Part shown: piece by piece, positions 39,402 to 48,050 of the stretch
How positions within the stretch are numbered: the stretch's first letter is position 1
How the letters are laid out: each line of letters starts with the position of its first letter
Virus record (IMG/VR): IMGVR_UViG_3300027804_002057
Strand: one strand, 5' to 3'
Origin: a virus
Length of the DNA: 64,000 nucleotides
The notes under the pieces: generated by a model
The model's database searches: none
What the model was told of the DNA's origin: nothing
The model's input: only the letters and a program-made list of their open reading frames with translations
Made by a program: the position numbers and the translations under genes

Positions 39402-39553
39402 TGTGTTTCCTTATTATTTCGGATTTCTTAAGCTATTGTATTGTGAGCTTAAATAGAATTATTAATTGGCGTTTTGGTCACTACTCATAAAACGAGAGTA
39501 TTCATTTACCAATAAAAAACGTATATAGGATACGTTATTGTATGAATAAATAT
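39402..39553 (-). promoter_or_regulatory. Long structured 5' leader of the scaffold-capsid operon, with promoter motif ATATTTATT (39545-39553)
   Basis: Several perfect stems plus a possible pseudoknot (see findings). UAAGGA lies 6 nt before the AUG. Confidence 0.55.
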
Positions 39554-39587
39554 ATAAAAATTAATTAAAACGTAATTTTCTAAAGAA

Positions 39588-40406
39588 TTATTTACAACCA
39601 CAACCTTCTTCTAACTCTGCATTTTGGTATAAAGAACTAATAGTCTTATCCATTTCTGCTTCAATTTTCTTTTTAGTTGTGTTTAATTTTTTAAGTTCCT
39701 CAACGTGCTTTTTCTTTTCAGCATCATTTTTTGCTGATTTATATTTTTGTAAATGTTGTTGAATTAATTCTACAACCTTACCATAATCTTTTTGTAATTT
39801 TGCAACAGAAGCTTCGTTCATTACACTTTCAGGTACACAATTTGGAACTTCTCTACCATTTTTGTTTTTCATTCCAACTTGCTTATATCCTTTCCAGCAA
39901 GGACCTGCTTCAGATACAACTTCTTTTCTAGTCTTCCACCAATTAAGAAGTCCGGTGTTTACCGCTATGTTCTTCTTAATCATTTCTCTTTCTTTAGAAT
40001 CTTTGGTTGTTCTTAACTTAGTTTCTAAATCTTTGATAGTTTTTTGCATATTCTTAACCAATTCCTCATCACTTGCTTCATTAATACCTTCATTTGAATC
40101 ACCATATTCGTGATAGTTAGAAGCCGCTTGAGAAATATAGTTTTCAGAATTAGTGATGTGGTCTTGAATCCAAGCAGGAATTTGTTTTTCTTGCTCACCC
40201 ATCTTTTGTTTTAATTCAGTTGCATGTTTGATAATAGAATCTAACTGATTTTGTGCCATAGAAACTTCGTGGTCTTCTGATTCTTCTCCTTCATTTACAG
40301 GTTTAAATGCAGATGCAAATGGATTAGAATAAACCTTTCCATATTCAAATTTCTTACCACCCATAGTGAAAGAACCATTTCCAGCTAAATCAGTTAAACG
40401 AATCAT
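39588..40406 (-). CDS. Modular putative internal head protein
   Basis: MIRLTDL start. Modules HEVSMA...PAWIQDHIT and GPCWKGYKQVGMK...VPNCVP are separated by xNE/xSE sites. Confidence 0.55.
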   Translation of the reverse strand: MIRLTDLAGNGSFTMGGKKFEYGKVYSNPFASAFKPVNEGEESEDHEVSMAQNQLDSIIKHATELKQKMGEQEKQIPAWIQDHITNSENYISQAASNYHEYGDSNEGINEASDEELVKNMQKTIKDLETKLRTTKDSKEREMIKKNIAVNTGLLNWWKTRKEVVSEAGPCWKGYKQVGMKNKNGREVPNCVPESVMNEASVAKLQKDYGKVVELIQQHLQKYKSAKNDAEKKKHVEELKKLNTTKKKIEAEMDKTISSLYQNAELEEGCGCK

Positions 40407-40407
40407 A

Positions 40408-40968
40408 TTAGTATTTCTTTTTCATTGCAAGTCTTTCTCTCATTACATCAGTTGGGATGTCAGAGATTTCATAGTAACGATTTAGGATGTGACCCATATC
40501 TTCGTATAAAGCATGTAATCTTTCATCCATTGCTTTTGCTTCAACAGAGAATTTATCAAATTGCTTACCCAACTTATCCAATTCACTCATATTTCTTTTT
40601 ACAGTCTGAGCATCAAACCAATCGTTAGCTTCTCTCAAAGATAATTCTTTTGCAGCTTCAACAATTGCACCCAATGTTTCTGAAACTTCAGTCATATCTG
40701 AATTACGTTTCATTTGGTCTTGGAAAGTATTGTAAGTAGATATAATTTCTAAGAAGTGTTTTTTAACTTCTAAAGATAATTTTCTATCAGGTTGTTCTAA
40801 ATTCTCTTTAATAGAAAATTTACCATCTTTAATTTTTACCTCACTAAGTGCGGTTTTACGGATGTCATTGTATCCTTTAGCTACTTTAGTTACACCTTTA
40901 GGTTGCTCCACATTCAACTTAAATTTGTTGTTGTGAACGTAGTTGTATATATCAAAATTCTTGCTCAT
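40408..40968 (-). CDS. Hypothetical head-cluster protein
   Basis: 186 aa, helical, DWFDxxTVKRNM...LYEDMGHILNRYYEI. Lies between the protease and scaffold genes. Confidence 0.6.
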   Translation of the reverse strand: MSKNFDIYNYVHNNKFKLNVEQPKGVTKVAKGYNDIRKTALSEVKIKDGKFSIKENLEQPDRKLSLEVKKHFLEIISTYNTFQDQMKRNSDMTEVSETLGAIVEAAKELSLREANDWFDAQTVKRNMSELDKLGKQFDKFSVEAKAMDERLHALYEDMGHILNRYYEISDIPTDVMRERLAMKKKY

Positions 40969-40969
40969 C

Positions 40970-41563
40970 TTATGCTATTTCAGTTATTATTTCTCTCATT
41001 AGGTCTTGTGCCTTACAATATTCACCACAAACATCAGTACCAATATTTTTCAATGGATTTACCGATTCATTCATTGGGACCATAAATGCACCATGTGTAG
41101 ATGGATTAGAAACAAAATCCCATCCAATCAATTCAAAATCTTCTTGAACTTCTACTTTGTTTCCTTGCATTGGTCTAGTTGAACCCATACCTCTTGAAGA
41201 AATACCTAAAAGAATACCAGCTTTTAATAATTCTTTTAAGATATTACCAGATGGTGTACCAAGTATTTCAACTGTACCACAAAGGTCATCACCTTCCCAC
41301 CAAATTTCTTTAATATTGTGTGATACATTCTTTAAATTAATTACAGTAGAATCTGGATGGTCTAATTCCCCCAACGCTCTACGTTCTTTAATAAATGTTA
41401 AATATTTTTTAGCTTCTCTTTCTAAGATTGGTTTTGGATATACTCTACCATTTTGGTTTTCCGCACCAGCTCTTTGTAGAACGCCTTTAACTAAGACTCT
41501 ACCACCATCATCTTCCTTAAGCTTTCCCTCAAATAATTGGGTTTCTATTAAAAGCGATTTCAT
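40970..41563 (-). CDS. gp21: Prohead core protease (T4 gp21-like)
   Basis: NQNGRVYP, ALGELDHP (catalytic His), LGISSRGMGS (catalytic Ser), DFVSNPST. Confidence 0.92.
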   Translation of the reverse strand: MKSLLIETQLFEGKLKEDDGGRVLVKGVLQRAGAENQNGRVYPKPILEREAKKYLTFIKERRALGELDHPDSTVINLKNVSHNIKEIWWEGDDLCGTVEILGTPSGNILKELLKAGILLGISSRGMGSTRPMQGNKVEVQEDFELIGWDFVSNPSTHGAFMVPMNESVNPLKNIGTDVCGEYCKAQDLMREIITEIA

Positions 41564-41565
41564 AA

Positions 41566-41928
41566 TTATTTCTTTTCTCCTTTACCGTTCCAAGCGGAAT
41601 CGATTTTATTAAAAAATGCTTTTTTCTCATCATCGGACATTGCGTTGATAGATTTACCAGCTTTTTCTAATGCTTTTTTGAAGAACGCTTGATATTCTGC
41701 TTCTTCAACCATTACTTCTTTCACAAGTTCTTTCAATCTTGCTTTTGTTATTGTTTCTTTGTACATAGGTAATCCTTTGTGTTTTGTAGATGCAAAATCT
41801 TTAGCATCTGATTTTTTCATCGAATCTGCTGCTTTTTCAACTTCTTTAGATGGTGCTTCCATATCACCTTTTTGAGTTGCATGGACCATACCCATAAATC
41901 TTTGTTGTGCTTTTGATACTGCTGGCAT
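41566..41928 (-). CDS. Small modular head-cluster protein
   Basis: MPAVSKAQQRFMGMVHA...DFASTKHKGLP module plus a YQAFFKKAL...KKAFFNKIDxxW module. Confidence 0.6.
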   Translation of the reverse strand: MPAVSKAQQRFMGMVHATQKGDMEAPSKEVEKAADSMKKSDAKDFASTKHKGLPMYKETITKARLKELVKEVMVEEAEYQAFFKKALEKAGKSINAMSDDEKKAFFNKIDSAWNGKGEKK

Positions 41929-41929
41929 A

Positions 41930-42493
41930 TTACAATGTTCTTAGTTTTTCAGTTATTCCCATTAACCTTTCTCTGATTTTGTATAAAGATGCATTTGTTC
42001 TTTTCCAGTAATCTTCTTTCTTAAGTCCGTTTTCGTTCTTAATTTTAGAATACCAATTAACAAACTTCTCTATTTCAGAAAGTTGTTTGTGTATATTAGA
42101 AACTCCTCTACCAACTTTTGCTTTTGGTGAAGATTCTTCTCTTTTTAATTCTAACCAACGATTTTCATCCAAAATCATTCCACTAATATCTGCTATTTTT
42201 CCACCATCTATATCTTTAGCATCGGTTGGTTTCATTGGTAATGCTTCATCCTTACTAGCAGGAATATCTCCCAATGCCCAATCTTTTTCACCTTCTTCTA
42301 AATTATCAACTACGGTTCCACCGGTTACTTTTGCTAATCTATTATTTTTCTTTGCAGTTTGTCCAGGTTTAGCAAATGCAGCAGGAGTATTATATCCTGC
42401 AACATTTCCTGTTACAGACATTTCATCCAAACTTTTTTGAATGTTTCTTTCTCTAACGTATTTACGGATTGCTTCTTTTATTCTTGCTTCCAT
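41930..42493 (-). CDS. Hypothetical head-cluster protein
   Basis: LDEMSVTGNVAGYNTPAAF module and a helical C-terminus. Confidence 0.6.
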   Translation of the reverse strand: MEARIKEAIRKYVRERNIQKSLDEMSVTGNVAGYNTPAAFAKPGQTAKKNNRLAKVTGGTVVDNLEEGEKDWALGDIPASKDEALPMKPTDAKDIDGGKIADISGMILDENRWLELKREESSPKAKVGRGVSNIHKQLSEIEKFVNWYSKIKNENGLKKEDYWKRTNASLYKIRERLMGITEKLRTL

Positions 42494-43362
42494 TATTTTA
42501 CTTTAGATTTAAGTTCCTTAATTAGCTCATAAGAAAGCATAATTGATGAAACTTGAGAATCAGATACAGTTTTTCCAATTTTCATTTTTTCTAAAACGGA
42601 AATAGTTTCTGATAATTTAATTTGAGTAACTTTATCTTTTAGTTTTGATTTAATAGAACTTAATTCTGAAATTATATTTGGTAATTCTTGTCCAACATAA
42701 TCTTTGAATTTTGTAGTATTAGTGATGTTGTTTATATATTCTTTCAACAAATTCTTTTGAGAATCATCTAAATTAGTATATTTTTTGTTGAAAGTTTCTA
42801 CTAGAATCTTATAGGTAAGTAATCTAAGGTCTTTGTCTTGTTGTTTATAGGTTTCAATTAACTTTTTATCTTCCGTTGGTTTAGTTAATTGAGCAGGCTT
42901 TGAAGTAATGTTTTCGATTAGGGTAATCTTAGAATTAAAAATATCTTTAATATCATATCCTTCTGCTCTTTTAGATTCAAATACTTTATAGATAGATGCT
43001 AGTACTTTATAGTTAGAAATAGGGGATGATAGGAATTGTTCAATTTCAAATTTTGCCGAAATTTCTTTAATAAGGTTAAATTTTTCTTTAGAAAGTGTAT
43101 TTTGGTTCAATTTAGCATGTGCATCACATACCGTTTCTACCAATCTATCTGCTTTTGTTTCAGAACTATATTTTTCCTTTAATAGTATATCATAAAGACG
43201 TAATTCTTTGTTTAATTCTGTGTTTGGCGCAAAGAATTCTTTTACGATGTTTTTAGCGTTTTCAGTTTTATCTCCATTAAGAACTTCCAATGTTATTTGT
43301 CTTACTAATAATTCAAATAACACTCCAGTGTTCTTAAACTTGGAATGTTTAATTTTTTTCAT
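42493..43362 (-). CDS. Hypothetical helical protein downstream of the portal
   Basis: 289 aa starting KHSKFKNTGVLFELLVRQIT. First gene of the head operon. Confidence 0.65.
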   Translation of the reverse strand: MKKIKHSKFKNTGVLFELLVRQITLEVLNGDKTENAKNIVKEFFAPNTELNKELRLYDILLKEKYSSETKADRLVETVCDAHAKLNQNTLSKEKFNLIKEISAKFEIEQFLSSPISNYKVLASIYKVFESKRAEGYDIKDIFNSKITLIENITSKPAQLTKPTEDKKLIETYKQQDKDLRLLTYKILVETFNKKYTNLDDSQKNLLKEYINNITNTTKFKDYVGQELPNIISELSSIKSKLKDKVTQIKLSETISVLEKMKIGKTVSDSQVSSIMLSYELIKELKSKVK

Positions 43363-43402
43363 TTACTTACCCTATATTTGTTCTACCCTATAAACTAACA
43401 CA

Positions 43403-43411
43403 TATAAATAT
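43403..43411 (-). promoter_or_regulatory. Putative late promoter motif ATATTTATA
   Basis: About 41 nt upstream of the ATG at 43362. Confidence 0.55.
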
Positions 43412-43428
43412 AAACAAATTTTTCTTTA

Positions 43429-45204
43429 TTAAATTTTAGTATCATCTAATAAGTTTTTTTCATCAAGCATACCCGATTTTTCACTTAAAATCGTCTTTTT
43501 TGATGAAATTCCGTTTATATATTCACGTGCAAGCTTTTTAGCGTTAGTATTTATTTGTCTATCATCTCTCTTTCTCTCCTTATGATTCTCCTTATCTCCT
43601 AATGGGTCTCTACCATACGGATGCTTATCTTTACCATAAGTGTTTCCTTCTCTTGGTCTTCCAACACCCCTGTTTAATTCAATTTCAGTTTTTAATTTAC
43701 TGATTTCTTCTTCCACATTTTGTTGTTGTGGTGGGTTTGCTGGGTCTTGTCCTTGTTGTTCAATAGATGTATGTCTGAATCTATCTTTAAGGTCTAATAT
43801 TACTTTTGCTCTTTCAATATCAATTTCATCTTGCGATAATCCAAAGATATTATGATAAGCCCAATCTGATGATAACATATTAAGTGCTTTTGCATCCGAT
43901 GCTAATCTTACTTTTTCAGACCATAAATTAACCTTTTCTTGCTCATATATCGTAGAAGCGTTAGTAAGAGTTAATTCAAAATTTGTCATTTCCGAATCCT
44001 CAATACCTTGTGCTGCTAAGTGAACTACTGCAATTTTTGCTAATTCACTAACAACTGTACGTTGAATTCTTTCAATAGTTCTTGCAAAACGAACATCTTC
44101 TGCTGCAAGAGTTGCTTTACCATTTACGTTCTCATCATAAGATAAGTAAGCTTTTGGTACTCTTAATGCTGCAAATAATTTATTTTTTAAATAATCAATA
44201 TCCTCAATTGCTGCATAATCTAATCCTGCTAAATTATCAATAGAAGTTCCACTATCACTACCACGAACAGGTAAGAAGAAATCTTCAGTAAGATTTTGAA
44301 TATTATATTTTAAGTTGTAATCACCTGTATTTTTATCAACGAATGGAGTTTTCTTCATTTTGTTGATAATCTTTTGCATATAGTTATCCACTTCTTGTGG
44401 TGGAATGTTACCTATATCAATTTTGAATACTCTCTTTTCAGGTGCTCTCATAATACGATGGATTAACATCGCATCTTCCATAAGGGATAATTGTTTCCAA
44501 ATTCTTCTTGCACCTTCAATCATTGCTTTACCATAAGGAAGGAAATTTGTATCTGATAACATTCTGAAGTGAGCCATTTCATATTGCTCATATTCTTTTT
44601 TACCAAATCTATCCAATTCAACTTTATATTTTACATAATCAGGATTGTTAGGGTCAGTACCTTCTAATCTTTCTACGTTATATGTTGAGTGTGGCATTAC
44701 ATTAATAATACCTTTACCAGGCATAATTTCTAATGCTAAGAAAGCATCACCATATTTTACTAAGTTTCTAATCCAAGGCCACAAATTAAATTCTATGTTC
44801 ATTATATCATAGAATAAATTATGCAATAGTTCTCTTACATTTTCGTTTGTTGATTTAATTTGAAGTACATCACCATATTCATTCTTAGTTGTACTTTCAT
44901 CAGCATATATATCTAATGCAGAAGAAATAATAGGGTCTTGGTCCATAGCATCATAATCTCTAAAAAGTTCTCTACGAACTTGATGATATGCCATAGATTG
45001 TGCACCCTGGTGTGTTTCGAAGTATGACCTTTGTAACTTAGTGTATCTATCTCTAAGATTCACAAAGTTTGTGTTTGATTGGCGGTCTTCTACATCAACA
45101 ACTTTACGTTTACCATCTTTATCAACGGTAACGACTGCGTTTGTTGAAAATAATTTCTTTAATCTACCAAAAAAACTTCTGTCATCTAATTCTTGTTCTG
45201 CCAT
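43429..45204 (-). CDS. gp20: Portal protein (T4 gp20-like)
   Basis: QLSLMEDAMLIHRIMRAPEKRVFKIDIGNIP; EDFFLPVRG; DIDYLKNKLFAALRVP. Confidence 0.95.
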   Translation of the reverse strand: MAEQELDDRSFFGRLKKLFSTNAVVTVDKDGKRKVVDVEDRQSNTNFVNLRDRYTKLQRSYFETHQGAQSMAYHQVRRELFRDYDAMDQDPIISSALDIYADESTTKNEYGDVLQIKSTNENVRELLHNLFYDIMNIEFNLWPWIRNLVKYGDAFLALEIMPGKGIINVMPHSTYNVERLEGTDPNNPDYVKYKVELDRFGKKEYEQYEMAHFRMLSDTNFLPYGKAMIEGARRIWKQLSLMEDAMLIHRIMRAPEKRVFKIDIGNIPPQEVDNYMQKIINKMKKTPFVDKNTGDYNLKYNIQNLTEDFFLPVRGSDSGTSIDNLAGLDYAAIEDIDYLKNKLFAALRVPKAYLSYDENVNGKATLAAEDVRFARTIERIQRTVVSELAKIAVVHLAAQGIEDSEMTNFELTLTNASTIYEQEKVNLWSEKVRLASDAKALNMLSSDWAYHNIFGLSQDEIDIERAKVILDLKDRFRHTSIEQQGQDPANPPQQQNVEEEISKLKTEIELNRGVGRPREGNTYGKDKHPYGRDPLGDKENHKERKRDDRQINTNAKKLAREYINGISSKKTILSEKSGMLDEKNLLDDTKI

Positions 45205-45212
45205 AATTTATT

Positions 45213-45650
45213 TTACCATTTTCTACAAGACCAATATCTTGCTTTTGTTCTTGGACCCGGATTATCACAATTATGTCTTGCTCTGAAAGATTTTCTTCTA
45301 TCAGGGTTAGACTTTTTAATTCTCATTGTTTTATCTCCAAAGTTTACCTTAACTACCTTTCCAGTTTTTGGGTTCTTAACATAAACTTTAAACTTTTTAA
45401 CGTCACCCTGCATTGGTTTACCTAATTTAACCTCTCTACCTTGATACTCTGCTTCGTAAACACAATTACATCCTGCTTCATCTAAAGATTGTGAATAGGA
45501 TTTAAGATATTGAATAAAATCATCCATATCTTCTTGCTCTACATCCAATTCATCATAGTCATCAATTGGGTTATCCGTTGGTGTATCTCCTTTGGAATAT
45601 GCATTATCTACATATTCATCTTCTTTTAGGATATTTGTTAATTTAATCAT
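45213..45650 (-). CDS. Putative internal head protein with an acidic N-terminal part and a basic C-terminal module
   Basis: MIKLTNILKE start; EAEYQGREVKL...VKVNFGD...RRKSFRARHNC...ARYWSCRKW. Confidence 0.6.
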   Translation of the reverse strand: MIKLTNILKEDEYVDNAYSKGDTPTDNPIDDYDELDVEQEDMDDFIQYLKSYSQSLDEAGCNCVYEAEYQGREVKLGKPMQGDVKKFKVYVKNPKTGKVVKVNFGDKTMRIKKSNPDRRKSFRARHNCDNPGPRTKARYWSCRKW

Positions 45651-45678
45651 TTTGGTTTACTTTTATTTTGACATATAC

Positions 45679-45687
45679 AATAAATAT
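45679..45687 (-). promoter_or_regulatory. Putative late promoter motif ATATTTATT
   Basis: About 29 nt upstream of the ATG at 45650. Confidence 0.55.
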
Positions 45688-45711
45688 CGGAAAATATCAA
45701 AACGCTATAAT

Positions 45712-47313
45712 TTATAACCATTGAGTTAAATCTTCAAAATCATCACCGATTCTCATCTTCCAAGGATTATCATCTAAATTAGAACCACCATATACCCCAG
45801 AATATTGTTGGTTTGATGATATACCACCCAAAGCCCTCTTTGTAAGGTCTATTCCTTCCTGTTTTAATCTAAGTGCAGTATCTCTAATCCACAATCCAAT
45901 ACAAAATGCCATCACCAAATCATCATTATATCCTTTCATTGCTTCAGCTCTACCATTCATAAAGATAAAAGTAAATAATTCATCTATTAAACGATTAGAA
46001 CGTACAGTTACCGATTTTTCTCTAAAATATTCATCCAATTTAGATACAATTAATGGTCTAGTCTTAGAAGTTGTCGAAAATCCAGCAACCATCTGTCTTT
46101 CATCTGCACGATATTTGTTTCTCATTTGATTTTCAACATCTACATACTTCAAATCCTTACTCATATAGAATAAGTTTTTATATTGTCTATCTATTACTTG
46201 TTGAATACACGCCCATCCGATATTTGCGTTCTCTATTACAAGTAAAGCATCATTATATTGTGTAGATAATTCAACTAAAAAGTTTCCAAAATCTTTAGTA
46301 TCAACCTTACCTTTATATTCTGCTACTTGAGTACAACTTGTTATATCCATAACATGAGCTGCGGAATAATCCGAACCATCACCTCTGGCCACATCGGCAA
46401 TTACCATATAAGAACCATTTGCAGTTGGGTATTCCCATCTCCAAAGGTTTCCATCAAATCCAGTTTTCTCTAAAGGTTCTTGGCAATATGATTCTTTATA
46501 AAACATCAATAATTCTGGGTCTATAACTGTATCACCCGAACTTACGAAATCACAATCACACTCTTGTGCTGCTTTCTTTTGTCCTAATAATTTCTCTTGC
46601 TCATCTCTCCAAGCCTGTCCTCTTTCAGGGTGAACTGTCCAGTGTAATCTAATTGTGTTAAAAGGATTTACACCCTCTTCTGCACCTAACCAAGTTTTAT
46701 GAAACCAGTTACCCACACCATTAGGAGTAGATAATGCAATACAACTACCACCCGTTGATAGGGTTGATTGAGCTGCCACCCAAATCTCATCAATATCATC
46801 AATGAAGGCGGCCTCATCGAATATAAGAAGTGATAGGGCTTCAGAACGTCCTGCATCAGGAGAAGAAGCAATAGCCTTAATTTGAGAACCATTATGTAAA
46901 CGAAGGGAAAGTTTGTTATCTTCCAAAGAACCACCTTTTAACCAACTAGGAAGTAATTCATGCATTACCCTCACTTTAGTTACTAAGTTTTTTGCTACAT
47001 CTTGCTTTGTTGCGATAACCAACACGTTAAAATCCGAATTGAATATCATTTTCCAAAGTGCGTATCCAGCCGATAGGGTTGAAATACCAGTTTGACGTGA
47101 TTTCAATACTATATTAAATCGGTTATCTTTAAATTGTGTTAATGTACTTTCCTGAAATGGAAAAAGATGAAAAGGTATTTTACCTCTCACAGGGTGCTGA
47201 ATCATACAATACTTCTTCATAAAGTGAATTGGGTCTACCGCACACTTTTTGTATTCATCTGCAATAATCTCTTTTAAAGATTTCTTTTGTGTTATTCCAG
47301 TTGGTGTAGCCAT
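45712..47313 (-). CDS. terL: Terminase large subunit (T4 gp17-like)
   Basis: Walker A KSRQTGIS, Walker B LLIFDEAAF, STPNG coupling motif, nuclease ADVARG and NDDLVMA. The ATG at 47313 is preferred over the track's non-ATG start at 47322. Confidence 0.95.
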   Translation of the reverse strand: MATPTGITQKKSLKEIIADEYKKCAVDPIHFMKKYCMIQHPVRGKIPFHLFPFQESTLTQFKDNRFNIVLKSRQTGISTLSAGYALWKMIFNSDFNVLVIATKQDVAKNLVTKVRVMHELLPSWLKGGSLEDNKLSLRLHNGSQIKAIASSPDAGRSEALSLLIFDEAAFIDDIDEIWVAAQSTLSTGGSCIALSTPNGVGNWFHKTWLGAEEGVNPFNTIRLHWTVHPERGQAWRDEQEKLLGQKKAAQECDCDFVSSGDTVIDPELLMFYKESYCQEPLEKTGFDGNLWRWEYPTANGSYMVIADVARGDGSDYSAAHVMDITSCTQVAEYKGKVDTKDFGNFLVELSTQYNDALLVIENANIGWACIQQVIDRQYKNLFYMSKDLKYVDVENQMRNKYRADERQMVAGFSTTSKTRPLIVSKLDEYFREKSVTVRSNRLIDELFTFIFMNGRAEAMKGYNDDLVMAFCIGLWIRDTALRLKQEGIDLTKRALGGISSNQQYSGVYGGSNLDDNPWKMRIGDDFEDLTQWL

Positions 47314-47314
47314 A

Positions 47315-47998
47315 TTAATCAACAGGAGGTTTTACTAAATCGTAACCTTTATCTTTTAGTTGTTCCCAAGCTTCGTTTCTTAATTTTTTAGCTTGTTGTA
47401 TTTCTTCTTCAAAACGAGTAATATCTGCAAGTATTTCTGCTTTTAATTCATTTACATCTCTTTCCATACTCCACTTTTCCAACGTACCATCTTCTTGTAC
47501 AACTTCATATTCTTGCTTAGCATCATTATAAGCTTGTTGAAATTGTGAAATAACATCTTTTCCATATGAAATCATATTATTATATATTTTATAATCTTCA
47601 TATGCTTCCCACAATCCATCTAATTTAATTACTAATTCTTTCTTTGCTAAACAAGTTGCACAATATCCTGTCTTAGAAATAAGTTTTTTATCAGCTCTAC
47701 TTAATTTTATTGTACGACAATCATCCGATTTACAAGTATTTAATTTATTTAAATAAGCTCTAGCATCTGCCATAATATCACCCAACTCAGAAACTTCTAT
47801 CTTTCCAGCTGCATGTTGTTCCCAAGACTTACCATTTTCATCAGTCCATCTTTCACCAACCTTGCGTTTTACTTTTTCTTTATCTGCTCCAGAAAATGAT
47901 ATTTGGGTATTCTTTTCATAATCACCACCAGTTAATACCATATCTACCAACTTCCTACGAGTTGGATGCATAAACTTTTTATTAAATTCCTTTGCCAT
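47315..47998 (-). CDS. Hypothetical protein with a four-Cys (possible Zn) cluster, upstream of the terminase
   Basis: RKVGERWTD...; CKSDDC...CATC; coiled-coil C-terminus. Confidence 0.6.
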   Translation of the reverse strand: MAKEFNKKFMHPTRRKLVDMVLTGGDYEKNTQISFSGADKEKVKRKVGERWTDENGKSWEQHAAGKIEVSELGDIMADARAYLNKLNTCKSDDCRTIKLSRADKKLISKTGYCATCLAKKELVIKLDGLWEAYEDYKIYNNMISYGKDVISQFQQAYNDAKQEYEVVQEDGTLEKWSMERDVNELKAEILADITRFEEEIQQAKKLRNEAWEQLKDKGYDLVKPPVD

Positions 47999-48021
47999 AT
48001 TATATACAATATATTCGTATA

Positions 48022-48030
48022 TATAAGTAT
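48022..48030 (-). promoter_or_regulatory. Putative late promoter motif variant ATACTTATA
   Basis: About 24 nt upstream of the ATG at 47998. Confidence 0.5.
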
Positions 48031-48050
48031 ATCAAAATATAATAAAAAGA

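Noticed and set aside
39465-39513. Self-cleaving ribozyme in the capsid leader
   Set aside because: It lacks the hammerhead CUGANGA/GAAA core and the twister conserved residues. Kept only as an unclassified structure.
36582-47313. Introns, inteins or homing endonucleases in the capsid, portal or terminase genes; tRNAs
   Set aside because: The genes are uninterrupted and of normal length, and the intergenic gaps show no cloverleaf.
47315-47998. Terminase small subunit call
   Set aside because: The position fits but I recognise no TerS motif, so it is left hypothetical.
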